Source: Naegleria gruberi (Eukaryota). Taken from it: a stretch of 64,000 bases of DNA. Below are positions 1 through 13,400 of this stretch, piece by piece. Each line of letters opens with the position of its first letter. The stretch's first letter is position 1. Under the pieces are notes generated by a model. That model was given only the letters and a program-made list of their open reading frames with translations. It searched no databases and was not told the origin of the DNA. Where the stretch lies: NCBI GenBank assembly GCA_000004985.1, contig GG738914.1; one strand, written 5' to 3'. A program made the position numbers and the translations under genes.

Positions 1-804
1 AAAAGAAGCAAGTCTAAACAACAAGGCTTCAAAGCAAGAAATTAATTTCAAAGAGTTGTTATATTGTTGATGATTCAAGAGGAGTAACTTTTCCTGCATG
101 CAATATCGGGTGTGTGTGATCGTCTATTCTATATAACAAGGCTTGTTTCTTCTTGTGATCCGACAAGGAAAAAGAACAAATTTTGTATGTTGATATACCT
201 ATAGTATGAGCCTTCCGATCAAGAAAATATATATTTCTTTTTGTTAGAGTTGTTGGTGATGATTTGTATTTCTGAGGTTGACTACAATCAAGGGTGTTGT
301 TTGATTTTTTAAAGATATTTTTAGAGAGGACACTATTGGGCCATTGAGACTATTTATGGTTACGTGCATGGATAGAATGTCAAATCACAGTAGTGTGGTG
401 ATGGATTGAGAGGTTGTGTTACAAGCATGAAAAACTATTTCAAGACTTTCATGAAGTGTCATCAATCTTGTTTGATAGAAATAGGGTTTACAATTGAAAC
501 TGGAAGAGGATTCGAAATGTATACAATAGATTTGATTAGATTTCAAAGATTTTATTGATTTGAAATGTGTTGTCAGCCGATGGGTCAGGTCCTCTCATTT
601 TAATATGATTGTTTAAAACAATTAAGAAGCATACCTTGAAACAACTCGATTGTATAATTTTTTAAAAATATTTTATTAAGAGAATCTTATATCAACTCCT
701 TATTCTCTATTAGAGAAACATCTTTTTATGCAATAACAATTATTGCATGCTCACGATATTTATATATTTAATATACAAATATATTTGTTGTTTTATTTTG
801 TTGT

Positions 805-2052
805 CTATGGAGGTGGGACAATCGTATATAGTCTTTCGACTGCAGGGCAACCAGCATATGGTGTCTGTCTATAAAAAGTACCCAGTTCTTCATCCTCTTC
901 TAATATTGTGGTAATAATCTTTACAATTCCTTTAATATCTTGCATAATCTTGTAAGTTAGCAGGAAGAATGTTAGTGGATAATCCTTCCATAATTTCAAA
1001 ACATTTTTTGGTATGGTCTTTTTAACCAGCTTGGCATAATTAAAGCCAATAGGTTGTGATGATGCAATGGATGCATTTTTGAGGTCGTCCTTAATCTTTT
1101 CCACGTTTGGGATTGGTGTTTCTTTTTTCAAGTATTCCAGTGTTACCGTCCAGCTACGGGTAAGACTATCAGTTTTTCTTGCCTTTTCTATGTATTCTGA
1201 TGATTTCTTATTTGAAGAGGATGATGTTGTTGGTGTTTCATTGAGTTGAGCAACATCTTCTTGCTGTTTGTTGGTTGATGTACTTAATGTCGAATTGGTT
1301 TGTTTAGATGAGGATGGTGATGATCTCTTCTCAGTCCTGAGTGCTTTTGATTTAGGGACAGCCACATCTACTGACTCAGTGTCAGACTGCGCTAATTCAG
1401 CGATTGCTTCAATGGCAGTAGACTTGGCTCTTCTTTTTGGAGGTGTTCTTTTGTTGCTAGAATTCTCATCTGGGGATTCATCGCTCGAAGAGGATGGTGT
1501 CTGAGCAGATGGCGATTCGCTGTTGATAGTGTTTCTGGATCTACTACTTGCTCTTGTTTTTCTCTTGTTTTTCTTTTCCTGAAAGAGAGAAGGGCTACCA
1601 TCATTATAGTCGGTTGGCATATCAACAGCACCATTTGTATCCAGTACACTTCGTTGATTGCTACTTTGGCTTGTTTGGTTTGTTAGTGTACCAATATTTG
1701 GTTGTTGGTTATTTGTCAGATGCGATGATATAAAACCACGAGTGGACGCATCCGTGATTTCAATCACACTTTCTTCTTCTTCTATTTTCGTTATTACTTT
1801 ACAATTTTCTCCCATTAAATTGAGGCACTTTTGCCAGTATTTGGCATCTGGATCTGGACTTATTCTGTTCTCTGTTAATTTAAATAAAAGCTTTCCGGTA
1901 TCTACACCAGCAAAAACTTTTTTAAAACTTGTGAGTGTCTCCTTGATGGTGGTATTATCATCGACTTTTTGCAGGGTCGTAAGTGTTTTCTTTAGAAAGA
2001 GTGTAATATTTGTGAGTGCTATTGCCTCCGAAGTATCATCATTATTTAGCAT
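805..2052 (-). CDS. hypothetical Ser/Thr/Asn-rich low-complexity protein (415 aa)
   Basis: Long minus-strand ORF with ATG at 2052. The central region is poly-Ser/Thr low complexity (SSRSRNTINSESPSAQTPSSSSDESPDENSS) with Lys/Arg-rich patches. No recognisable domain. A further 3' exon is possible but unresolved. Confidence 0.5.
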   Translation of the reverse strand: MLNNDDTSEAIALTNITLFLKKTLTTLQKVDDNTTIKETLTSFKKVFAGVDTGKLLFKLTENRISPDPDAKYWQKCLNLMGENCKVITKIEEEESVIEITDASTRGFISSHLTNNQQPNIGTLTNQTSQSSNQRSVLDTNGAVDMPTDYNDGSPSLFQEKKNKRKTRASSRSRNTINSESPSAQTPSSSSDESPDENSSNKRTPPKRRAKSTAIEAIAELAQSDTESVDVAVPKSKALRTEKRSSPSSSKQTNSTLSTSTNKQQEDVAQLNETPTTSSSSNKKSSEYIEKARKTDSLTRSWTVTLEYLKKETPIPNVEKIKDDLKNASIASSQPIGFNYAKLVKKTIPKNVLKLWKDYPLTFFLLTYKIMQDIKGIVKIITTILEEDEELGTFYRQTPYAGCPAVERLYTIVPPP

Positions 2053-3186
2053 GCTTGATTATTATTGTTGTTGGTATTTTTTTTTAAACGAGCTTTGAGA
2101 GAAACAACACTTTTTGCGTCTTGGTTTTTTCGCTTATAAAGCTTGGTTTACAATGTGTTTTGTAACGCTGTTTAGTTTAGCAAACTCTGTTGTATAATCC
2201 GTATAGTGCCTTGACGTTTAGATGTTAAGGGTTTGTTACACAAATGATTAACTACTTGCTTGTTAACCAAATTTCTTTTGTTATTGACTGGTTGGCATAT
2301 ATTCTGTAAATTGATAATCTACCTCGAATACTTATGTACCCATAAAGAATTTACGAAATAATAAAAGTCAAGTAGCAATGTATTTGTAAATTGTATCATA
2401 TACATTTTCCCATTCAATAGTTTTTTGTAAGCATGTGATAAAAACCATTCACATGTTACGTATCTATGCCACATAAATAACCATTATTATGAATTGTTGG
2501 GTGTTTGTCGGGTGTATCCAATAGAAATCCATTATTTTTCCAAACTCCTCTTAACTGGTGAAATCTCAAAAGTTCGTTTGTTAAAACCGAAAAACTCTGG
2601 GAGCATAATACTTTTTGATTGGTTCCAAAGTACAATTCTAAAAATCATTAAAATAACTACTATTTCATTGATTTAATTCGGGATTGAACTTCTGTGCTAA
2701 AGCATGTATTATTGCTTTGATATTAAATTTGTTTGAATAATATCTTGTTTAAAATAGATCTCTGTAAATACTATTCTATATTTCTTCCGCTAGGATGTTG
2801 TTTGATGGTTGGTGCAACCGTTACATATGATGAACATTTTTTTATCAAAATAAAAAATACAATTTTTTGTAATTTTCGAACAACTTGTTAATGCAAGAAA
2901 ATGATATGTACAAAATCAGTAATATTTAACACTCTACAGTATTTCAATTTAAACAAAAGTATTCAAGACGGTTTTTATCCAAAAAAAGAAAAATGGCGTT
3001 CCTTCCACCGTAACGCACCTTTGCCTTCAATCAATTTTACTCGTGAGCTTGTTTTCATCATCTTCATATTGATAGATTAGAGAGAATCCTGCATCATGGA
3101 CTTTATTTCAACTAAGAATAACACACCAGTAAATATTCATTTCAATTCTCTTAGAAAAAAAGTGTCCGTACAACCTTTATTACAAG

Positions 3187-5452
3187 ATGATGAAAACAAG
3201 CTCCTACTCTCTGATGAAGAAGGCCTCTAACAAGGGAAGTAAAACTCTTGCAGCATTGGGTTCTTCTTCTTCATCGCCATCGGTTCTCTCTTGCTATAAT
3301 CATTCATGCTCGATATTGTCATCATCATCCACTAAACAATTATCATCAACAAGTTTATTTACTGGTGGTAATAATAATAACATTTGTAGAAGTTTTTCCA
3401 CCTCTTCTACTAATAGACAATCAATTTCATTAGATAACAATTCATCCTCATCATCATCTTCATCCAATAATAATAAGAAATCATCTTCGGTTTTTGTCAT
3501 GCTCCGAAACTTTCTCATCAAGGCTTTGAAAATCTATGGCAAGATACTTTTAGGACTTGGTGCCATTGTTTTAACAATGTATGGAGCACTTCGTGGATTC
3601 TTGGCCATTATTCACTTTGCACAATTTGATAATCCATCATCTCCTTATTATAACAAGGATTTGGCTGATAAATTGGAAGGTGCTGTTCAGATTGGTGAAG
3701 GATTGAATCGTTATATCAAATCACTCATGACAATTTATGCAATTGCTATCGATTACTTTTGGTTATTGATAACAGAACCATATAATCCTCATTATTGGTT
3801 TGTGGAAAAACCAGATAAGAATAGTGAAGAATTTATACAAAAGAAGAAGCAAGCTCACAAGAGAAATGCAGAAAGATTATTGGATTTATTTATTGAACAA
3901 AGAGGTGTCTATATCAAGATTGGGCAATTTTTGTCATCTTTGGTTTCTGCCATTCCTGATGAATATATTGATACATTGAAAGTTTTGAGAGATAGAGCAC
4001 CAACAATTCCATTTGATGATGTAAGAAAGGTCATTCATCAAGATTTTGGCAAGTCTATTGAGGAATTATTTGACGAATTCGATGAAAAACCAATTGCTGC
4101 AGCAAGGTTAGTTTAATTTCAATCAATTGTTTTTATTTAACTGCACCTTCAATTAATTTCAATTAACTTTGATTTAATCTTTGGAATTAACATTTTGGAA
4201 TTTCTGTTGATATACTTTTTAAACTTTGGATATTAAACTTGAAATCAACATATATAGTATTGCTCAAGTACATAGAGCTCGTACCAAGGATGGTAGATTA
4301 GTTGCCGTAAAGGTACAATACCCATTTGTTAGAAGTTATTTCGAAGGAGATATGAGAACCAACGATTCAATGAGTACTCTCAGTCTCAAACTCTACTACA
4401 TGCAAGAAGATGCTGAAAATATTGACACTCTAGTGGAAATGAATAACAAGTTCAATAGAGAATTGGAAAATGGTTTATATTCTGAATTGGACTTTAGACA
4501 TGAAGCATCTAATGCAAGACAAGCTGCTGACCATATGAAAGACCGTCCAGATGTCTACGTTCCAAAAATGTTTGACGAATTGACAAGCGAAAGAGTACTT
4601 ACTATGGAATTTATTGAAAATGCCTGTACTGCTAACAATGTAGAGCGTATCAAGGAAATGGGATTCAAGGAAGAGGATGTTGCTGAAAGAATTTTGTCTG
4701 CCTTTTCAGATCAATTATTTGTTCACGGTTTCATTCAAGCCGATCCTCATTCTTCAAATGTCTTTGTGAGACGTAATCCTTTGAAACCTTCCGAACCTCA
4801 ATTGGTCCTTTTGGATCACGGATTGTACAAGAAATTCGATGAGGATTTCAGAATTGGTTATGCCAAGTTTGTCAATTCTATTGTCCTAGGAGATGAAAAG
4901 GGAATGAAGGATTATTGTGAATCATTAGGTATTACAGATTACAAAATGTATGCCAGTATGATGATGATGCAAGCTTTTGATCAATTGGAAGGTGGAGAAG
5001 ATTATTCAGGAAAGAATTTTGAGGAATTCAATGATGTCGTCAAGGAACAATTTGAAGGAATTTTGGATATTTACAAGAAAATGCCAGCCGACATGTTATT
5101 CATCTCGAGAGCTGACAATATTTTGAGAGGACTCAATAAGGATTTAGGAGCTAAGGTCAATCGTTTTACTGTTATGGCTAGATCAGCCGCTAGGGGAATG
5201 AACATCAATTCCAAAACACCATCCGAAACTGGAATTTTCTCTCAAATGAATGAATGGAGGAGAAGAATGTACTTTGAATTAAGATTGTACATTCTTGCCG
5301 TTCACTCATGGTTTATCATGTTCTACATGAAACTCTTTGGCATGAATGCAGAAACAATGATGATCAAGAAGGAACACGACAAGATTGAAATGTTGGAAAA
5401 GGAAGTTGATTTATTGGAAACTCCTAAACATCTTGCATCTGAATTCAAGTAA
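3187..5452 (+). CDS. ABC1/UbiB-family atypical kinase (ADCK-like), two exons
   Basis: Exon 1 is 3187..4106 and exon 2 is 4258..5452. Splicing restores the conserved ABC1 motif PIAAASIAQVHRA...VAVKVQYP. Downstream kinase-like motifs are present (FIQADPHSSNVFV, LLDHGL). The N-terminus is poly-Ser/Asn, like an organellar presequence. Confidence 0.85.
4107..4257 (+). other. spliceosomal intron (151 nt, phase 2) of the ABC1 kinase gene
   Basis: It starts GTTAGT and ends ATATAG. Removing it joins two ORFs in different frames into a contiguous conserved ABC1 motif. Confidence 0.8.
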
Positions 5453-5531
5453 AATCATTATTTACAACCTCTAGAATTGCACTTTTTCACACAACCATCT
5501 CTTTTCACACTCAATTATCCAATCATAAAAA

Positions 5532-8500
5532 ATGTTCAACTTTCACAAGTATGCACTCGTCACTTCCCCTCCGAATCAACAGGAACAACAACAAACAATT
5601 CTATCCAACAACAAATTCCAACCACTTTTGACAGGAATTTCCTTCGGAGATATGCTTTTAATTCTAGAAACAGTTCCATGCACAAATGATCATCATCACG
5701 ACGATGACAATTCCTCTTCCTCACAGCAATCATCATCAATGAGTTATGTGCAACGAGTGAATATTCATGCCCTGCACAAGCACGGCTATAAACTCTATGA
5801 TCATCGTAATAGACCTCAGAAACCACAACTCTTCAGCACCTGTGGTTGGATCCCAACCAGTTATCTGACAACCATTCTGCCAGATCCATTGGTGTGTAGT
5901 CCCAATAAGAGTTTGGATCTGGGAAGGGCACTCGTTGATAGAGAAGAAGATATTGAACAAGCAGAGCAGTATCAGAAGGAGCATGGTATGAGGATGGATA
6001 ATTATGAGAGTTTCTGTAGGGATATGTATCGATTTGAGTGTTGGAATGATGTGGAGAAGGTCAGAGGAGGAGAATTGGATCGATTGGAGAAGGTTTCCAC
6101 ACAGCAATGTCATGTACATTGTTTGGAAGCTCCAAAATATGATGAGTTCAATATTGGTGTGGAAAGTTTTGAGAAGGAGAAGGAGGAGTGGAAGAAATTG
6201 GCGAGGGAAAAGTTTAAGGACTGTAGAGATGTATTCTTTGTGAAGAATTCGAAACATCCTGGATATTTGCATTGGCTCATTAGGAGTGCCTACATTTCAG
6301 AGACAATTATTAATGCTCTGAATGCCTTTGGAGATCGTCCTTGCTTGGGTTATCGTAGAAGAATTTCTGCAACTGAATTTGAAACTTTTCATAGATGGTT
6401 CACTTTCGAACAGTTGCATGAACGAGTGATGAGATTTGGTTTGGGTCTCTATCAATTTGAAAAGGAATTTTTAAATCAACCAAGACCATTTAGTCAAGAG
6501 GAAGGCAGAGGATTCGTTGGAATTTGTTCGAGCAATAGAGCCGATTGGTTTGTAGCTGATTGGGCCTCTCTCACTCAGAGTTTCATTTCTGTTGCATTGC
6601 CTCAAACCAAAGTCGATTGCATTAGTGAAGATATTGTGAATATGGAAAGTGTTGATGTTTTGAAAAGTATTTCACATGAAATTATTTGCATTATCAACAA
6701 TTCACAAATTCCATTATTGGTTTGCAGTCGTGATTTGACAGTCAAATTTTTGAAATTAATCAAACATGGATTGATTCCTTCTGTTAAGGTAATTGTTCAA
6801 ATGGAAGATTTCCTTGTAAAGAAGGAAGAATTTGATGAAACAAGTTATAAGAATGCAGGAGAGGAAGAATTGACCAAATATTTGAAAAATTTGAGAGCTG
6901 TTCATCAGGGAAAAGTGAAACAACATGCTAAGAAATTAACTTCTCAAGATGATTCCACGTCATCACCACTCTATTATCTCATGAAGAGTCGCTATAAGAA
7001 TTCAAATCTTAATATGAATGTTTCCATTGAGGAATTGTGTGATTTTAATAAGAGCGATGATGAATTTGTCATTCACAATTACATTTCTGAAAATGATATC
7101 AACTTGGATTGTAAGTCAATCATGTTAGCTAGAGAACTCTCGATAGAATTGACAGATATGACAAGTATCGAATTGAGTACTTGCAAGGACTATCCAACTT
7201 TTAACAATGCGCTCAGATTTAACATTAGAACTAATAATTCAGTGAACGACTTGACCACCATTGTCTATACTTCTGGATCGACTTCAACAGAACCTAAAGG
7301 AGCTGTCATGACCGATCGACAATATAATGAAAATGTACAAATGGAAATCTATCATTACCATCCACTAGTGTTCATTACCTATGCTCCATTGTCACACATT
7401 ACAGATAGAATGAACACTACAGCATGCATGGTAAATGGTGGAAGAAGTGGATTCAATTGTGGAGAGATGGATAAGGTATTTGATGATTATCAATCTATTC
7501 AACCAGTGACTGAGTCAAACACTCCAAGATTTTACAATATTCTTTATGCAGAATATCAAAGATTGAAAGTTTTGGAAGGTGATTCACTCACCCCTGAAAA
7601 GGAAGAAGAAATTATGCAAAAGGTCAGAAATATGCTTGGAGGAAGAATTAAATCCCTCGTGACAGGTGGTGCTTCAACTTCACCACAAGTAGTTGAATTT
7701 TTAAAGGAGTGTTTCAAATGTAATGTTTACAATGGGTATTCTTCAACAGAATGTGGATATATTGGACCAATTGGTGTTGATGGAGTTGACTATTTGAGTG
7801 AGAAAATTCAAGAGGAAAACAAACAACTTCCTAGACATATTATGAAATTGAAAGATGTGGAAATCAAATTGGAAAGCGTTCCAGAACTTGGCTATTTTAT
7901 AACTGATGTGCCATTTCCAAGAGGAGAAATTTGTGTCAAGAGCTCGACTATAATTTCAGGATATTACAGAGATACTGAAAAGACTAAACTTTCATTCGAT
8001 TCGGAAAATTATTTCCAAACAGCTGACATTGGTGAAATTGATAAGGAAAAGCTCAGATTGAGAATTATTGATAGAAAGAAGAATATTTTCAAATTGAGTC
8101 AGGGAGAATTCGTAGCTCCAGAAAATTTGGAAAATTTGTTCATTTCCAAAACATTATTTGTGGATCAAATTTACATTTACGGAAATTCTGAAAAATCCTT
8201 CCTTGTGGCTGTAATTGTTCCAAGGAATTTACCATTACTGAAAGAGAAAGCTAAGAGTATGGCTATAGAAAGAAATCAAATCTTTGAAGATTCGGATTTA
8301 TCGAGAAATGGTTTCATTTACAAGGTCATTCAAGATGATTTGAACAAGTGTGCAAGAGAAGCCAAATTGGAATCGTACGAAATTCCAAAAGGTTTCATTA
8401 TTGAGATGGAAATATTCACTCCAGAGAATGGTAAAATGACAGCATCTTACAAGCTTTGTAGACCAGCACTTGTAAAGTCTTACAAGGAAGATTTAGAGAA

Positions 8501-10062
8501 ATTGTATAAGGAAATTGAAGGAGAAGATATGTCCACTCTGGATCAAGTTTCCAATAAGGTTCAATTGGAGGAATTTTTGAAAAAACTATTCGAAAGTGGA
8601 GGAGTTGTCGATTCGTTGAGCTCTGTTCGATTATCCAACCTTCTGTCACAGAAATTCAATGTAAAACTTGGTGCAGATAAAATCTTACAAGAATGCAAGA
8701 ATAATGAAAATCCAGCACTTGCCATTATGGAAATGATTGAGAAGCTGCTGGAAAATGGACAAGCCCAAGATGAATTATTTAGAAATGATGAAGAGTTGTT
8801 GCGGGAAGTTAAAGATCTCATCAAGGATATTCCAATAGTTGACGAAACTCTTTCGAAAACTATCGAACTGAATAAGAATAGAAATATTTTAATCACTGGA
8901 TCAACTGGATTCATTGGAGTTGGATTGGTATGTGAGCAATTATTCAGCAATCCAGAATCCAATTTGACATGTATTATAAGAGGAAAATCATTGGATAATG
9001 AAAGGGAAAGATTAATCAGTAATGTAATGAATTATTGTTATCATTTTTCACCTGAAGAGAAGAAATCTCTATTGGAAACATTTAATAGTCGAGTTTCAGT
9101 AATTTTAGGAGATATTTCAATGAATAGATTTGGACTAGATCAAGATATTTATAACAAATTAGAAACCGATATTGATACAGTCATTCATTGTGCAGCCAAT
9201 GTCAACTTCATCATGAATTATACTCAACTTGAAGCACGTCAATGTTCAAAGTGTTATTGAATGTTTGAAATTATGTACCTCTCAAAGAATCAAACACTTG
9301 CACTTTGTTTCAACTATTAGTGTCATTCCATATTCAATGATTGATCAATATAAGGAGCTGAACAAGCTTGTCGCACAAGATTTCATTCCTCTTTCTCTTC
9401 AAAATTTCAATGACCTTTCAGATGGTTATCCACAATCCAAATACATTGCAGAGCATGCTCTCCGTTTAGCTATGGAACAATGCAACTTTAGTCAATTGAA
9501 AATTTACAGACCTGGACTCGTAGTTGGACATACCATGAATGGATTCAGCAGTGTGAGGGAATGGATTTGTAGATTGATATGTGGATTTGCTCATTTGGGT
9601 GAAATTCCAATTGAATATTCCAAACATGGCATGCAAGTTATTCCAGTCAATTGCTGCGCCAAAGGAATTATTGACCTCATCAATAATCAATCAAAATCCA
9701 ACACTACAATTCATCATTTAACCAATTGGAACAAACTCTACAGAACCATTGATAACATCCTGCTAGCCATGAAGAATTTAAATCTCACATGGAAATCCAT
9801 CCATTACAAAAATTGGATTGAAAATATTCACACACAAATGAATAATGGAAAAATGGAAAAGTTTCCACAAATGACAAAAGAAAATTCGATATTTGGAATT
9901 GTACACATGTTTCCACTCGAACATGACATGCTTAATATTGATTCGACAATGGAAGAGCAAATTTGCCAACACGATTTGAGTTATCTTTCGGATGAGAAAG
10001 TGGACGATAGAAAGTTAGTGGAAAGGGAAATTGAATTTCTAATTAGAAACAAACAGATCTAA
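5532..10062 (+). CDS. NRPS-like adenylation-carrier-thioester reductase (A-T-R) enzyme, carboxylic-acid-reductase-like; apparent +1 frameshift near 9228-9233
   Basis: ATG at 5532. The AMP-binding core has YTSGSTSTEPKG and acyl-CoA-synthetase-like blocks. A carrier-like GVVDSLSSVRL motif offers a candidate phosphopantetheine Ser. The C-terminal NAD-binding reductase has ILITGSTGFIGVGLV. The reductase alignment runs across two ORFs, 5532..9260 and 9229..10062 (NVNFIMNYTQL|KHVNVQSVIECLKL), which requires a 1-nt shift. Confidence 0.8.
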
Positions 10063-10475
10063 TGGTTATACAAAATGAAATTGGAATTGCTGTAGAAACT
10101 CAAATAAAGTTAGAACCAAATTCTAGACCTTTCAGATTTTTTATTCGAACAGATACGAAACCTTTCAAAAATCATTATTTAACATTCCAATCTTTTTCAA
10201 ACAATGCTTTACAATGCAACATTAGATCTCATGGATAATAATCATTTCACACCTCAAACAAGGAAAGTGAAAAGGTTGAAATTTGATTGATTTGACACTG
10301 GTCGCTTATTTCAAACCTCATTTGTGAATGTCAAGCTTTTAAATGGGTAATTACAAGGATTATAAGCAAACATGAATGGTTGGATTATCTAAACAGCTCC
10401 GCTCAACCACTATTCGAAACATTTTTCACACAAGGACAATAAATTATATTATTCGAAAGGTATCTTACTTAAAAA

Positions 10476-13400
10476 ATGACTCAACAAGTTAGTACAACCA
10501 ACATGTTGCGTTTAGTCTTGTTTCTACTCTCATTGATGTGTTGTTTGTCCACCATAACACATGCCACAACCATCAATGGTTACACTTTGGATTTGTTCAT
10601 TGGTGGTAATTTTACGAGTGGATTGAAAGTTGCCGAAACTTCACCAACCTTCTCAACCAACAACTTTGAATATCGACTCGTCTATCTGGATAAGAGAAAC
10701 GGTGATTTGTACTATTCTGTTTCAGGAAAGGTTATTCGAAAGCTCGATAAGAATGGAATTGTAACCAATGTGGCAGGAAGCATGAGAAATAATGGTAATT
10801 ATGAAGATATAGCCACCATTCAAGATTATTACTATGCCTTGGACAGAGAATTGATAGATATTGGTGGTTTAATTATTGACACCAAGTCAAATGATATTTA
10901 CTATTTAAATAATGGAATTTATATGGAAAGAATTCGAAACTCTGATAAGAAATCGATTATTGCAGTTGGTTATGGCACCAATAACGAACTTCCCTCTGAA
11001 GGATTGGGAAATCAAATCAATTTTGCTTACAATTATCCTTCTTACAATAATTACGTTCGTGGACTTGCCATAAATGGTAAGAATGAAATATTTATTGTCC
11101 AAAGAAGTTCAATTTCCAAATATAATATTGGAAATTATAGCGTTACTAATATTTTGACAGATTTTGAACCTGGCACTTATTCACAAATTGTTCTTTCCAA
11201 AGACGAAACTTTTTTGTTTGCCAAAAATGGTGAAGCAATTGATAAGATTTCCATGAATGGACAAGTGACATTTGGTTATACTAGTATTTCTAATTTAATG
11301 AGTATTGATACTGTTGATAATGAACTCTACATGTTAACTTTAACTGGTGTTTACGTTTTCAGAAACAATTCGAATCAACTTATTGCTGCCGGAAGTTCAG
11401 GAAGTTTCGTCGATGGCATGAATTCTACCAATTTACTAATTAATTATGGTACTACCATGCTTGTTGATGATAATAAGGATATTTACTTGACTGATTTGTA
11501 TAGTTCTGTAATTCTCAAGATTGACCATGCTAGTCAATTGGTCACAAATTTGTTAGCTGTTGAAATTCCAACATCTAGTGAAACAGTTTATTCAGCAAAG
11601 AATTTTACTAGTAGAGGTATTTCACATGCAGTTCATAATAAGGTCAATGGTTTCGTATACATGTGTGATTCGAATGGAAATGTATTCGAATATGACAATA
11701 ATTTAGTTTCTCAAAAAGTAACTGGTTATTCCTGTATTGATATTGCTGTAAATTCCCTCGGAGAAGTATACTTCCTTTCTAATTACTTTATTTATCAATT
11801 ATTAAGCAATGGAACTGTTATTACCTTTGCAGGAGATGGAACTTGGGGTGTTCCTATAAATGGAACTTATCTTGACCAAAACCCAGTTGCAGCAGTTAGA
11901 TTTGGTTTCTATTCGAATAATGACATGTTTCTTCAATCCAGTTATTACATTTTCAGAGTTGACCACACAACCAAATTTGTCCAAAAAATTTATTCCTCAA
12001 CCAATAGTGAATTAAGAATTACAATCATCGATCCAGACACTGACAACTTGTACACTTCTGAAGGATCGTCAATTAGTTTAGTTTATCCTAATGGAATTGC
12101 CGAAATAGTTGCTGGAATTAACTCTCAACCAGCAGTTCGTTCATTCAAGAGAAAGATTAGTTTATCCGATGTAGGAGAAGATGCATTCGCCAATTACATT
12201 AATCCAACTGGTATGTCCATTGGAGCCGATGGAAAATTATACATTTCCTATCAATATATGGTTAAGAGACTTGAGAATGGATTGTTATGGACACAGCAAT
12301 TTGTGGACACACAACAAGGACCTATGAGTGCTGCCTTTATTAGTGATGTGGTCATTTTGGGAAGATTTGGAGATGCAATCATGTTGACGAATCCAAATGG
12401 AAATATTTATTTATTGAATCCAGTTTCTAGTTTTACCTGTTTTGGTAATTTACCTTCTTCATCAAGTGTTTGTTCAGGTTACGGTTCATGTGTTGGTCCA
12501 AATCGATGCAACTGTCAAAATACCAACTTTGGTTTCGAATGTGAATATTCCACTTGTTTCGACGTTTCAGGATTCGACTATCAAACTGTTTGTGGAGGTG
12601 TCGGTAAATGTTCCATACAAGATCAATGCTCATGTCCATCTGGATACACTGGCACCACCTGTTCCACACCACTTTACAATATCTGTTATGGAATTTCCTC
12701 AAATTCGTCGAATGTTTGTTCTGGAAAGGGAAGTTGCGTTTCGACTGATTCCTGTAAATGCAATGCTGGAAGAGTTGGAAGTTATTGTCAGTATGAGTTT
12801 TGTGCAAGTACTTGGAATGCAAATTCTGAAACCTTGACATGTGCTGTTCCATCCTCGAGTTCTGTTGAGGTCAATCAGGAAATTGTGGCTGTCAATCAAT
12901 TAAGTTCAAAGGTTTTGAGGTTTAGTAGAACTCCATCAGTTTCTATAACGTTCCCATCTGATTTTTATTCGTATGTGTTAAAGACTTATCCTGAAATTGG
13001 TGATCAGTTGACAGTTGTTTCTTCCATTTATGATCCAACACTTGACACTTCTCAAGAATTGCTTGTAGTGAGTTCGACTGCTTCAGTTTCTGTCTTTAAA
13101 AATACTTCAGATATTCTCCCAGTCTATAATCTTCCAAATCCAATTGTCATTCAATTCAACAGCATCAAAATTGACAAGACAGGTGGCAGTTTCAACTATT
13201 CCTGTATGTATTATGACACTGCATCAAATTCTTGGAGCAGTAGTGGAATTAAGAGTACCATCACATCCTCACAACTTTCCTCTACTTATTACACATTCTC
13301 ACTCAAGTGTGAAACCTATCACTTGACATCTTTCTCAGTAATTGACATGAATTATAAAAAGACAAGTCGAGATGACACATTACAATTAGGAGGATTGACT

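Noticed and set aside
1067-2098. Plus-strand ORFs (60-146 aa) antisense to the 805..2052 gene, and similar short antisense ORFs throughout (for example 12433..12852, 37838..38212, 47553..47837)
   Set aside because: They are embedded antisense in longer, better-supported genes, are low complexity, and lack start context. Typical shadow ORFs.
9201-9234. A 34-nt GT..AG segment that would restore the reading frame of the A-T-R gene as an intron
   Set aside because: It is too short relative to the verified introns of 63-151 nt. It would also delete residues (NVNFIMNYTQL) that align with the conserved reductase block (LVNxVxPYSxL). A 1-nt indel explains the data better.
9255-9262. Euplotes-style programmed +1 frameshift at TAT-TGA-A joining the two A-T-R ORFs
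   Set aside because: Homology places the frame change about 25 nt upstream, before KHVNV. The other frameshift sites show mixed +1/-1 directions and no shared slippery or stop motif.
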